Source: a bacterium (lineage in GTDB: Bacteria > RBG-13-61-14 > DATKZS01). From it: DNA of 64,000 nucleotides. Location: NCBI GenBank assembly GCA_963674965.2, contig CAXXFL010000002.1, positions 288,001-352,000 of the forward strand. The letters are read 5' to 3'. Under the pieces are notes generated by a model. The model was not told where the DNA came from and did no database searches. It saw only the letters and a program-made list of their open reading frames with translations. Position 1 is the stretch's first letter, and each line of letters begins with the position of its first letter. Position numbers and translations under genes: made by a program. Positions 10,058 through 20,295 of this stretch are shown here, one piece after another.

Positions 10058-11260
10058 TCAGAACATGCCCTCTCTCGGGTCTTCCTCGCGGTCTTTAAGC
10101 TCGTTTAAAAGCTGCCTGGTTTTCTTGTCGGTTTTCTTCGGCACGGCCACCTTGAGATGGACGTACAAGTCGCCCTGGCCCCGGGACTTGGGGTGAGGCG
10201 CTCCCTTGCCCTTCATCCTGAGCACGGCCCCGCCCTGGGTACCCGCGGGTATCTTGAGGGAGGCTTTGCCCTCGAGGGTCGGGACCTCGACCTTGGCGCC
10301 GAGGGCCGCCTCGGTAAAGGTCACGGGCAGATCGATATGCAGGTCGTCTCCCTCCCGCCTGAAGTACTTGTGAGGCGACACGTTAATAATCAGGAAAAGG
10401 TCGCCCGCCCTTCCGTCCGGTCCTTCCTCGCCTTTGCCGGGCACGCGCAGCCGCCCGCCGTGCTTCACGCCCGGGGGTATCTTGACGGATATCGTCTCGG
10501 GCCCGCTCTTCTTGCCGCTTCCAGCGCAACCGGGGCAGGGCTCGAGGTATACCTGGCCGGTCCCCTGGCAGGCGGAACAGACCACGTTCACGTTGGCGCC
10601 CCCGTTGGCCACCTGGCGCCGGCCCGCGCCGTTACAAGCGCTGCAGGTCCTGGATTTGCCGCTCTTGTTTTTACCCGTGCCCGAGCAGGTGGGACAGCGG
10701 CCGTTCCGGTTGAGAGTGAAACCGTGGACCCCGCCCTTCATGGCGTCGTCAAAGGATATGGTAATATTGGCCTCCACGTCCCTGCCGGGTTGGGGCCCCA
10801 TGTCAAAGCCGCCGCCAAAGGGGCTGCCTCGAAAGTCGGCCCTTCTTCCGCCTCTCTTTCCGGCCCCGCCGAAGATTTCGCTAAATATATCGCCTATATC
10901 GGCCCCGCCCATGCCTTGGCCGCCGCCGAAGAGGTCCTCGACGTTGAAGTTCACGCCGCCGGGGCCGGCGCTCCAGGTATAAGACTGCCCGCCACCCGGA
11001 CCGGGCGCCCACCCGCCGCCCCCAGGAGGGGGCGCGCCCGGACCGACGTGGCCGAACATATCGTATTCTCTACGTTTTTCCTTGTCCGACAAGACCTGGT
11101 AAGCCTCGGATATCTCCTTGAACTTATCCTCGGCGCACTTGTCGCCCGCGTTGCAGTCGGGATGGTGCTCCTTGGCAAGCTTCCTGTAGGCCTTTTTGAT
11201 CTCCTCGGCCGAAGCTCCCCGCTTTACTCCCAGTACTTCGTAAAAATCCTTTTTCGCCAT
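10058..11260 (-). CDS. dnaJ: Chaperone DnaJ
   Basis: J domain with HPD, G/F-rich region, four CxxCxGxG motifs. Confidence 0.95.
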   Translation of the reverse strand: MAKKDFYEVLGVKRGASAEEIKKAYRKLAKEHHPDCNAGDKCAEDKFKEISEAYQVLSDKEKRREYDMFGHVGPGAPPPGGGGWAPGPGGGQSYTWSAGPGGVNFNVEDLFGGGQGMGGADIGDIFSEIFGGAGKRGGRRADFRGSPFGGGFDMGPQPGRDVEANITISFDDAMKGGVHGFTLNRNGRCPTCSGTGKNKSGKSRTCSACNGAGRRQVANGGANVNVVCSACQGTGQVYLEPCPGCAGSGKKSGPETISVKIPPGVKHGGRLRVPGKGEEGPDGRAGDLFLIINVSPHKYFRREGDDLHIDLPVTFTEAALGAKVEVPTLEGKASLKIPAGTQGGAVLRMKGKGAPHPKSRGQGDLYVHLKVAVPKKTDKKTRQLLNELKDREEDPREGMF

Positions 11261-11295
11261 TTTTTCCACCTCTTGGAGCAACTTGCTCCGGTGAA

Positions 11296-11323
11296 ATTGT
11301 AATCATAAAGCCCCTGATGTCAA
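11296..11323 (-). promoter_or_regulatory. Sigma70-type promoter for dnaJ-grpE
   Basis: TTGACA-N16-TACAAT on the minus strand. Confidence 0.55.
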
Positions 11324-11698
11324 GTCCGACCTGAGCAATCCTTCCTTTATTGCTCTTTAAAATAGACATGTTGATCGGATGAAAATCATCCTCCTATTTT
11401 TTCAGGGAATTGACATATATTTCCTTTACGTGATAATATGTGGACTTCAAATTTAAAGTGGGACTCGACTTAAACTAATCAAATTATGATTACAACTGGA
11501 ATTTTAATGGAAAAAGGACGAAAAAATGTGAAAGTTGTACGTCCTATATCCAATTCTCAGTCGTAAAAGGATCCAGCAGCCCTCGGCTAATTTTTGCGAC
11601 AAGGGCGTGAGCCAGGTAACATCGCTTAATAAATACTAAAATATTTCGCTTATTAGATGCCCGGTCCGCTATCTACAACAGGAAGGAGGATTTCTTTT

Positions 11699-12898
11699 AT
11701 GCGCGCTCGTTCTTTATTCATGACTGTTATCGTTTGTTTTGCACTTTCCTGCGGTGGAGGAGGCGGAAGCGACGATGGGGGAGACGGCGGAGGCGGTGGA
11801 GGGGGAGGAATATCGGCGGTCTTCGAGAAAATAGGCTCGGACCTCCGCGTGACCTATTCCACCGGCTTCTCGAGGGGGCCTCACCTCTGCTGGGGCCCCG
11901 GTGAGTTCGGCATAGCCTGGGGGGACGACTCGGATTCAAACTGGCATCCGGAGATCGTCTCGTTTACACGAATTTCGGCGGTGGGGGCCCTTATCGCGCC
12001 GGAGATAAAGGTGACTCCTTCTTCCATCAGTTTTCTTTCCTTGTCCAGCCTGGTCTGGACGGGAACGGAGTACGGATTGGGTTGGGCTCAGGATTCTTCC
12101 GGTACGAATACTCTGGCCAGACTGACGTCGTCCGGTGACACGATCGGAGCCGTTCCAATCGCAACCCAATATAGCGATTTTGAGACCGGCTTGGAGTGGA
12201 CCGGAAGTGAATTTGGACTTGCCTTCAACTGGTTGGCGGGCGATATCTTTTTCGTCCGTACTTCAGCCTCGGGAGACACTATCGGCGTGGAATCCGTAGT
12301 TACTGGCGAGGGTCAAAATAAGACGGTAAGTTCTCTTGAGTGGGCCGGCGGCGAGTACGGAATTACATGGAGCGACAGTAGAAGCGGAGCTTATGAGACC
12401 TATTTCGCCAGGGTGTCGTCAACGGGCGCAAAAATAGGCGCCGACGTAAGAGTGACCTATTATAAAAGCGATTTTGATTTTACCGAATCTTCTGATCTGG
12501 CCTGGTCCTCAAGCGAGTATGGGCTGTGTTTTTCCGAAATGCGAGACGATGATATCGACGTTTTCTTTGTCAGACTGTCAGCATCGGGAGCGGTAATTGG
12601 ATCGGAAGTGAATTTGTCGTCCAACTCGGGAGACTCCCAACAATGCCGTATCTTATGGGACGGTGAAAACTACGTTGCAAGCTGGTGGCAGGAAGACGGG
12701 GGCTACGCCAACGTTTATATGGCAAAGGTTTCAGCGAACGGTGAGAAAAAAGGGGGGAGCTTCAACGTGACTTCAGAGTATAACTCGGGACCCTATTCTT
12801 TTTCGATCGCTTGGACGGGCAGTGAATACGGCGTCGCCTGGGAAGATGACAGGGACGGAAAGCCGCAGATTTATTTCGCGCGGGTGAAAAAGAAGTAG
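11699..12898 (+). CDS. Lipoprotein with repeated WTGSEYGxxW motifs (probable beta-propeller)
   Basis: ALSC lipobox, Gly linker, about 7 repeats. Confidence 0.75.
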   Translation: MRARSLFMTVIVCFALSCGGGGGSDDGGDGGGGGGGGISAVFEKIGSDLRVTYSTGFSRGPHLCWGPGEFGIAWGDDSDSNWHPEIVSFTRISAVGALIAPEIKVTPSSISFLSLSSLVWTGTEYGLGWAQDSSGTNTLARLTSSGDTIGAVPIATQYSDFETGLEWTGSEFGLAFNWLAGDIFFVRTSASGDTIGVESVVTGEGQNKTVSSLEWAGGEYGITWSDSRSGAYETYFARVSSTGAKIGADVRVTYYKSDFDFTESSDLAWSSSEYGLCFSEMRDDDIDVFFVRLSASGAVIGSEVNLSSNSGDSQQCRILWDGENYVASWWQEDGGYANVYMAKVSANGEKKGGSFNVTSEYNSGPYSFSIAWTGSEYGVAWEDDRDGKPQIYFARVKKK

Positions 12899-12986
12899 CG
12901 CGTCCTTTCAAGTGGACTTGGCTCAATACATATCGAGATCATTATGGTTTTGTGGGCCGTTTAGTAATTCATCAATGGAGGGAGTA

Positions 12987-13766
12987 ATGAAAAAGATTGG
13001 CATTCTAATTTTATCGATTGGGCTGTTGTTCGTCATCGCCATGGCGGCGGGGACGAGGGGAAAGAGCTCGGAGAAAACCAAGGTGTTGGTATTCGTGGGT
13101 GGAGAACCCAAGGCGTTTATAGTACCGAACATGCTTACTTTAACCGATGATCCCAGACCAAAAGAACCCAGTCTGGGCGCGGCCTACGTATTGGCCGGGA
13201 ATAAAATTTCCAAGGTCGTGAGTTCTGATGATCTTTTGAAAATGACGCGAGACAACATGGTGAAAGAACTGTCCTCCGGCTCCGATTTCGATCCGATACC
13301 GGTCTGTTTAAAAGGCGAGCCGGCGGGCGCGGGCGGATGCGTAAAGGTCAGTTCAAAGAAAGCCAAAGATTTCGAGGAGGAACACGCGGGCAAAAAGATA
13401 CTTCTCGTTACGCACTGGTATTACGGATTTTGGAACGGCAAGGTAACCACCTACAGCACCGCGTCGTTTATCAAGACCCCCCTGGAACTCGAATGGAGCT
13501 ACAGCCCCTGGTGGCCGGGAAGCGAGGCGTTTATTGAGGCCGAGAAAATCGAGCCGTCCCAGCGGATGGAGAACCCCGAGGCCCTGAAGGGGTCCTTTAA
13601 TACGCTAACGGCGGACCTGGCGAAAAACCTTTGCGCCTGCGCCGCGGGAAAAGCCGACCCTTCTCAAGTCTTCAAGCACGCCTCAAGTAATACGTCATTG
13701 GGCGGCAAGAAGGCCAACGCCAAACTACACGTGAACAACAACCTGAAGACGGTGTACGATAAATAA
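12987..13766 (+). CDS. Hypothetical exported protein
   Basis: GGAGGGAG RBS and N-terminal signal-like sequence. Confidence 0.65.
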   Translation: MKKIGILILSIGLLFVIAMAAGTRGKSSEKTKVLVFVGGEPKAFIVPNMLTLTDDPRPKEPSLGAAYVLAGNKISKVVSSDDLLKMTRDNMVKELSSGSDFDPIPVCLKGEPAGAGGCVKVSSKKAKDFEEEHAGKKILLVTHWYYGFWNGKVTTYSTASFIKTPLELEWSYSPWWPGSEAFIEAEKIEPSQRMENPEALKGSFNTLTADLAKNLCACAAGKADPSQVFKHASSNTSLGGKKANAKLHVNNNLKTVYDK

Positions 13767-13813
13767 TAACTGTTATAGCGCCACCGGGGACCGGGAAAAC
13801 GCGGAGGGTTATC

Positions 13814-14353
13814 CTAGCCGGTTCTCCGTCGCTCTTCCCATTCCCGGGCCAGGCGTTTTCCCTCGCGGTGGTTTTTGACGAGGACGGAGATGATCACCAC
13901 GCCAAGGGCCAGGAGGATGGCGACCCCCAGCACCAGGCTGACGATGATGAGACCGGTAAAGACCAGCTTGTCTTTAGCCTCACCGAGATTATAGGACTCC
14001 ACCGCCGTCTTTTCCATCTCGTTTTTATTGGGGTCGATACGGGTGGTTGCGTCTTTATCCGGCGCTTTCGGTTTCGCTTTGTTTCCACCGCCCGATTTCT
14101 CGGGCCAGTAAAAGGAGTCTTCCGCCGGCCGGAGGGGGACGACCTCTTTCACGTACTTCTTGTCGATCCAGATTTTACCCCCCAGCTTCTCGTATACTAT
14201 GTCGCCGCCCTCTTCCCAGCAGTCCTCCACGAGAATGACCGTTTTATCCTTCAGGACGACCTTGTATTGAAGATCGTTCATGGCCCCGGCCCTGGCGGGC
14301 AATAAAAGGGCCATCAAGAACAAGACTATAAACGCGGTCGCTACTTTCACCAT
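13814..14353 (-). CDS. Hypothetical membrane protein
   Basis: Signal peptide and C-terminal TM helix. Confidence 0.65.
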   Translation of the reverse strand: MVKVATAFIVLFLMALLLPARAGAMNDLQYKVVLKDKTVILVEDCWEEGGDIVYEKLGGKIWIDKKYVKEVVPLRPAEDSFYWPEKSGGGNKAKPKAPDKDATTRIDPNKNEMEKTAVESYNLGEAKDKLVFTGLIIVSLVLGVAILLALGVVIISVLVKNHREGKRLAREWEERRRTG

Positions 14354-14476
14354 TCTCCGTTCCCCGCCGGCCGATCGGAGGTTATAAAATTATCGGCCGG
14401 CGGTATGGATTATAGCACGCGTTGCCGCCGGGAAGAACGGCCGCGTTAAATTCGCGAGGCGAGACCAGGGGGCCTA

Positions 14477-15471
14477 GAGCACTTCACGTTTGTAATGTCG
14501 TATAACCGCACGAAAAAAAATAGCCCTTAGCATCGCTGGCCGTAATGGAAGATAATGCCTCGCTTATTGCCGCGATTAATCGAGGATGCGTTCGCGCCTT
14601 GGCGGAGCGTAAATGATTCTTCACCTTGCTCCACATCTTTTCGATCGGATTGAAATCGGGACTGTACGGAGGCAGGAACACCAAGCGGGCGCCGAGGGCC
14701 TCGATAATCTCCCGACTTTGGGCGTCCTTGTGCACCGAGAGATTATCGGCGACCACCACGTCGCCCGGCCGCAAGGTCGGGCCAAGGATGTGCCTGACGT
14801 AAGACCGAAAAACCTCACGGTTCGCGGAACCCTCGATCGCCATGCAACTCACCTGCCCGTCAAAACGAATCGAGCCGATCATCGTCGTGGTATGCCAATG
14901 ACCATGGGGGGCGTGATCACGGACTCTCTGGCCCCGGCGGCCCCGCCCGCGGTGGCGGGTCATGTTGGTCTTGGCGCCAGACTCGTCGATGAATACCAGC
15001 CGCCGAGCATCGCCGAGCATCGGACCCGCGCTCCACTCCAGGCGGGAATGGATCACGTCAGGCCGGTTTTGTTCGCTGGCCGAAAGCGTTTTTTTTTAGG
15101 CTGTACCCCAAGCGCGCAACGGCGCGCTGCACCGCCATGAGGGAACACGACTTGCCCGTGAGTTCGCGCAACTCATCAAGAGTCGCGTCCGGGTGGCGAG
15201 CAATAAGGCCGTCCAAACGCTTAAGGTCGGCGCCGCGATAAACGGCGGCGCGGTGGCCACGTTTACCCGGCTCGGTCGAGCCATGTTCCCGGTACTGCTT
15301 GAGCCAGCGTTGAAAGGTGCGCGTACTGACCCGAAAGATGGCGGCGACCTCCAATTGCGTGTAATCGCCGGTCTGATAGGCGGCAAGCGCCCGCTCGCGA
15401 ATCTCTGAAGATGATATTCCCATGACAAGAGAATACCACAATCAATACGTCATGTCAATCGTTAAGTGCTC
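14477..15471 (-). mobile_element. IS630-family insertion sequence
   Basis: Terminal inverted repeats GAGCACTT(C/A)ACG(T/A)TTG, flanking TA duplication (14475-76 and 15472-73), split transposase. Confidence 0.93.
14484..15441 (-). CDS. IS630 transposase, ORFA (15058-15441, HTH) plus ORFB (DDE), joined across an A9 run
   Basis: VFIDESG, DNLSVH and LPPYSPDFNPIE motifs; A9 run at 15089-15097. Confidence 0.9.
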
Positions 15472-16127
15472 TAGAGCGCCCGAAGTCCGGCCAGCCTCAC
15501 GGCTCCCCGGTGGTATCCGTCGGGGAAGAGCCTTTTGAGTTCCTCGAGATCGAGCAAAAGAGCCTCGCACGTTTCGTAAACGTTGGGGATTTCATGGGTA
15601 TCCGCGTAGGAATCGCGAAGGAAGTAAAGTACCTTCCAGTGCTCGTCGGTCAGCTTGCCCATATTTTTTTCGCCCATGGCGAAGGCCGCGGCGAACTCCT
15701 CGTCCCACTGGGAAGGATCGAGGAGAAATCCCCGGTCGTCGATATCGTATTTCTTATTGATATTTCCTTTCTCCATCAGTTCGGCCAGGGACCTGGACCA
15801 TAGATAGTTGACGCTTCCCGAGCGGTAGGTTATACCCGCCAGCTTGCAGGCCCCTCTTTGGTAGCCGGTTGGAAAGAGCGACTCGAGGTCCTCGATCCGC
15901 AGGCCGTTCTTCTCGCAGGTCTCGTAAATCAGGGGGCAGCGATGGTTTTTGTCAAAGTACTCCCGGATGGAATAGATCACCCGCCAGTGCCTTTTGGTCA
16001 GACCCGCCTCGATCTTGCAGGCCCTGGCCAGGGATTCGGCGAAATCCTCGTCCCACCTTTTATAATTGAACAGGTATCCCGCCGCGTCCACCTCATATTT
16101 TTTTCCTTTTAATTCTTTCGTCTGCAT
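15471..16127 (-). CDS. Tandem TusE/DsrC-like protein (two domains)
   Basis: Two repeats of D..G(Y/F)L....W(DE)..A...LT..HW.V....R..LFP.GY.RGA..LAG. Confidence 0.85.
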   Translation of the reverse strand: MQTKELKGKKYEVDAAGYLFNYKRWDEDFAESLARACKIEAGLTKRHWRVIYSIREYFDKNHRCPLIYETCEKNGLRIEDLESLFPTGYQRGACKLAGITYRSGSVNYLWSRSLAELMEKGNINKKYDIDDRGFLLDPSQWDEEFAAAFAMGEKNMGKLTDEHWKVLYFLRDSYADTHEIPNVYETCEALLLDLEELKRLFPDGYHRGAVRLAGLRAL

Positions 16128-16200
16128 GCCCGACTCCTTTCCCGGCCGCCCAGGTCCGATCTCCAAAAAACCTTTGCCAAATCTTCCTAAAGAGATAGGG

Positions 16201-16216
16201 AGCAACAACCATGCCG
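16201..16216 (-). promoter_or_regulatory. Sigma54 (-24/-12) promoter of the tandem dsrC-like gene
   Basis: CGGCATGGTTGTTGCT fits GG-N10-GC. Confidence 0.6.
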
Positions 16217-16421
16217 GTAGGGATAGGGCTTCATCCGTTTGATTTCATTGACTAATCCGTATTAGACGCCAAACAAGTCGGGCAGGGTTTCTTTACAGCT
16301 TATAAAAAATCTTTGCAATGGGTATGAGTTTGCAGAAAAACCAGGCGAGCGCCGTTTGGCGGCAAAGCCCTTATTCAAGGGCTTGCCGCTTTTTCCAACA
16401 AGGCCGCTTTCCAAGCCGGGA

Positions 16422-17153
16422 CTACTTGAAAATTTTATCCGAGTCCTTGATAAAATCTTGAGTGCTTAATTTAAACACGTTCGCGAGAGTCTGGAACCAA
16501 ACGGCCCTCGATTTATCTATTCGCTCGTTTAAGAACCATATGGTCGTGAGGAACCTGTCGGTAAGGGTGTAGCCGCCTCCAACACCGAACACGGTTTTAA
16601 CCCCGTATTTGCTCACGAAGTCCTGGGCGGCGATGATTTTTCTTCCCTTCGAGTCCATTCCGGAGGCCGCGTCCTCCACGTAGAAAGTCCCGGCCAGACT
16701 TCCCATGTGCTCGGCCACTATGTGCGGCTCCCCCCTGATCCATCCAAGCTTGAATCCCAACTGCTCGAGAAGGGCGCTCATCATGGGGATGGCGCTGACG
16801 AAATCGGCGGTCGCCAGGGGAATGCCAAGATGGCCCTGAGATTTGGTCCTGACCATCCAGTCCCGCTCCTTACCGGCGGTCCCCATCAGAGTCAGAATAA
16901 AGGTCTCGGGGGCCAAATCGAGGTTGGCCGTCTTGGCGAGATCGGAGGCGAAGGTTTGAATTTCCGCCGGCAGGTTTTGCTTTCTGAAAGTAACGAAAAG
17001 CCTTATAAGTACGATCGATTCTCGAAACTTTTCATAAAGCGTCTCCATCATGATCTGAGCGGCTTGCTCGATGCTGGAAGAGTTGGAGATTTTTTCCTCG
17101 ATTTGCGAGGACAAGCGGTCAACGTCGTTGAAGTCCATTTTGCTGATTAACAT
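16422..17153 (-). CDS. Hypothetical protein
   Basis: 243-aa ORF with RBS; no motif recognised. Confidence 0.65.
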   Translation of the reverse strand: MLISKMDFNDVDRLSSQIEEKISNSSSIEQAAQIMMETLYEKFRESIVLIRLFVTFRKQNLPAEIQTFASDLAKTANLDLAPETFILTLMGTAGKERDWMVRTKSQGHLGIPLATADFVSAIPMMSALLEQLGFKLGWIRGEPHIVAEHMGSLAGTFYVEDAASGMDSKGRKIIAAQDFVSKYGVKTVFGVGGGYTLTDRFLTTIWFLNERIDKSRAVWFQTLANVFKLSTQDFIKDSDKIFK

Positions 17154-17408
17154 ACCAAGTCCCCTTTCTATGCTGAATTGTCAATGTGGCTTTGGGGCCA
17201 GGACGTCGCTGTTTTCTTGAATGTAGCATAGTGGAAAAATATTTCAACAATAATTTGTCCATCTCCCGTCTTTATGTCCTTTGGGGCTTAAAGGGCACGG
17301 ATTTGCCCGGAATGAATAGAAAGGGTCACGGGCAAGGGAACAAAACACCGGAAAAAACCGGAGGAACGAATTCCCCCGGTTTGATAATCGTTTCTTCAGT
17401 AGCCATGG

Positions 17409-18506
17409 TCAGTAGATGAATACCTCGGTCCCGACCTCGGCCAGGTCGAACACGATCTTGATGTCTTCACGTTTCATTCTGATGCAGCCGTGGGACCTGT
17501 AGCCCTGATTGATCCTACCGCTTGAGGTGCCGTGGATGCCGAAACCGTCGGGTAGTAACAAGCGGCGCTTGCCCAACACGCCCCTGATGGCCGGCCTGTA
17601 CCTGGGGGCCTCGAGTCCTCTCTCGGTCCAGTGCCACGCGGGCGGATGCCAGATGGGATTGACTTCCTTCTCGATGACCTTCATGATCCCGCGGGGGGTC
17701 TCGAACCTTCTATGCCGCCCGCTTCCCGGAGGCAGGTAACCTTTTCCCGTCACCACGGGGAAGACGTAAAGCGTGCGATGTGACATCTTGACGTAGAGGT
17801 TGTTTTCCTGGAGGTTGATCTCGAGGTAAATCTTGTTCGAGTCGGTGGCCTCGCGGAGGGCCTTGTTGGCCACGCGAAGTATGTTATTCTCCCTTTCCAG
17901 TTCCTCGTTCCTGGCCAGCCAGGATTCCATTGTCTCCTGGTTATTCCATCCCGCCAGGGCGTGGGCCGATCCGGACTCGTCGACCAGGGCCAGACCGGCG
18001 AACCTTCCCGTCAAGAGCCTGCCAATGAAGCTGTCGGCCAGATGGTCGGGCAAGGCTTCTCCCCTCAGCATGGCCTCCCCGGTAAGGAAGCCCGCGTAAA
18101 GGGCGCCTTCATAGGGTTCGACCCGCTGTTGGTAATAATAGGAAGCCTTCTCCTGGAACCCGGATACTTGTTCGATCTGGCCCCCGATCCCGTGGTTGGG
18201 AGCAACGGCGCAGGAAAGAAACATGGCTATGAACAGCCCGAAAACCACGCGCGAGGCCATCCTGAAGCGGGGACTCCATCGCCTCGTCCTATTGCCGATC
18301 CACGAGGATAGCCCTTTTTTCGAGGGCCTTGTGGGACCGTTGTCATCGGCGGCAACTCCAGCCAGTGACAAGTCTCCTCGTTTTTGTTTCTCCAGAAGAA
18401 GACTCATCACCAGGTCCGGATGATGGATCGGCGAAAGAAAAAAATCGGCCATGCGGCTGCGGGAATGGTCGGACTCCAGCAATCTCTTGGCGACGCGGTA
18501 CTTCAT
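17409..18506 (-). CDS. L,D-transpeptidase (YkuD) family protein
   Basis: GIHGT..SHGCIRM catalytic motif and a TM segment. Confidence 0.88.
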   Translation of the reverse strand: MKYRVAKRLLESDHSRSRMADFFLSPIHHPDLVMSLLLEKQKRGDLSLAGVAADDNGPTRPSKKGLSSWIGNRTRRWSPRFRMASRVVFGLFIAMFLSCAVAPNHGIGGQIEQVSGFQEKASYYYQQRVEPYEGALYAGFLTGEAMLRGEALPDHLADSFIGRLLTGRFAGLALVDESGSAHALAGWNNQETMESWLARNEELERENNILRVANKALREATDSNKIYLEINLQENNLYVKMSHRTLYVFPVVTGKGYLPPGSGRHRRFETPRGIMKVIEKEVNPIWHPPAWHWTERGLEAPRYRPAIRGVLGKRRLLLPDGFGIHGTSSGRINQGYRSHGCIRMKREDIKIVFDLAEVGTEVFIY

Positions 18507-18620
18507 TTCATTAACCTCCACCCAGCGGCGGCAAAATTGGACGAGGCAAATGAACCGTTTCAGCTATAACTATGTAGAAACGCGGCGGCGGCGGCTTTCG
18601 AGCGTGGAATTATGAGCGAA

Positions 18621-20288
18621 TCACTTACTGCACAGTTCCATCAGCAACGGCGGGGATTCCGGCAAAGCGTATTCCCTGCCCCATTTCAACGTTTTCGCGA
18701 CCTTATCGGCGTCGAGGGTCCTCGTAAGTTCCCTCTCGAATTTATCTAGCACAAAATCTCTTGTTTTGTCAAGGGGATGCCCCGGACCTCCCCAGGGAAT
18801 CTCCTGAAGACGCTCCATTTTCCGCCCTCCCTTCAGGCTGAGGGTCACGCGTGAGGCAAAGGGCATCCTGAAACTCGTAAGATCGCACTCGCCCAGGTCG
18901 AAGCGGGACGAGCGTTTTTTTCCGGCCCGGCTTATGAGGTTTTCCAGGCCCTTAGCCGCCTCCTTCACGAGGGCCGAGCGGTACTCGGAGGACAATAGAA
19001 GTATCTCGCGAAGGTCGGACAGGGTAAGGCCCATCGAGCTCTGGTAATGTCCCTGCATCCTCGAGCGGAGTCCCGCCAGCCTCGCGGGCCCGAACTCTCG
19101 AATGAGTCTTCTCAGCTTCAAGGTATCGTCAATGGCGCCCAGGAACCTGAACGTCAAAGACCAATCGTGCTCGAGCCTTACCTTATTCGTGATACGCCGG
19201 ATATGGTCCGCATTTTCGGAAAGCGACTTCTTGCTGAGGTCCTCCGCGTCAAGGCGTCCCTCCAGGAGGACCAGCGCCACGTTGCCGGGAATGGAGAAGT
19301 TGACCGACACCGGGTTAAGAGGATCGAAAGCGCCGCCGGTCCTGCTCAGGGCGTCCATTTCAGTGGTAAGTATCGATGCCTCCACCAGGACTTCCTCCAC
19401 CTCCTCGGCCAAAAGGGGCCTTCCCGTCTCCTCCTCGAAGGTCCGCCGCAGCTCGAGAAGGGCGTCAACTGAGGTGTCGATATATGCGCAGCCAGGATAT
19501 ATCTTATAGGCCAGAGTGTCCGTGACCCACGACTTGCCCAGACCGGTGATGAAGAACGGGGCCGGGATATAGGACATGCGGGCCATGTATCCTTGCGGGT
19601 GCTCGATTATATCCAGGGCCCCGGTCGCGCCCTTCGCCGCCAGCATGGCCGACTGGACCCCGATCACCGCCGGCGAGGAGGCGGTCATGGCCTTCGAGTC
19701 CGGGCCCATGAAACCGGGCCAGAGAACGTAAGTGGGCTGGTACAGGGCGATGGCCATGGCGTGGGCGGTCTTCTCCGCGTCCAGGCCCATGACGCGAGCG
19801 GTGGCGGCCGCGGCCCCCGCCAGATGGATGTGAGACCAGCCCTGGCCGTTGTGCGGCCCCATGACCACGCTGGCGCCCAGCCGGCCCTCGATCTCGTTGG
19901 CGACGACCTGCGCCACCATGGCCTCCCGGGTCGAGGCCCCGAACTTCTCGGCCGCCGCCAGGGATACGGTCACGGCGCTGGCGCCCGTGTGCCCGAACAT
20001 GAGGTAATCGTCATAGTCCAGGGCCAGGCTGAGAGCCGCGTTCAGATGCACGGCGGAAAGCACGTCCATCTTCTTGCCGGAGGGAAGGCCGGTGCAGGGG
20101 CCGTCGCCCGCCCATTGGGCCACGCCCTCCTCGAGGGCTTGTCCGATCTCGTGGCGAGAGCCCGCGTGAATGGCGGCGATGACCGAGTAGACCTGGAGCG
20201 CGGCCTTGTTCAATACCCGGGGGGGCACGTCATCGTGCTTGAGGGAACTGGACCAGGAGGCAAGCCGGGTTATGATCGAGTCATTCAT
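18621..20288 (-). CDS. MmgE/PrpD family protein
   Basis: ALDYDD..GH and KIYPGC motifs. Confidence 0.85.
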   Translation of the reverse strand: MNDSIITRLASWSSSLKHDDVPPRVLNKAALQVYSVIAAIHAGSRHEIGQALEEGVAQWAGDGPCTGLPSGKKMDVLSAVHLNAALSLALDYDDYLMFGHTGASAVTVSLAAAEKFGASTREAMVAQVVANEIEGRLGASVVMGPHNGQGWSHIHLAGAAAATARVMGLDAEKTAHAMAIALYQPTYVLWPGFMGPDSKAMTASSPAVIGVQSAMLAAKGATGALDIIEHPQGYMARMSYIPAPFFITGLGKSWVTDTLAYKIYPGCAYIDTSVDALLELRRTFEEETGRPLLAEEVEEVLVEASILTTEMDALSRTGGAFDPLNPVSVNFSIPGNVALVLLEGRLDAEDLSKKSLSENADHIRRITNKVRLEHDWSLTFRFLGAIDDTLKLRRLIREFGPARLAGLRSRMQGHYQSSMGLTLSDLREILLLSSEYRSALVKEAAKGLENLISRAGKKRSSRFDLGECDLTSFRMPFASRVTLSLKGGRKMERLQEIPWGGPGHPLDKTRDFVLDKFERELTRTLDADKVAKTLKWGREYALPESPPLLMELCSK

Positions 20289-20295
20289 CGATCGT

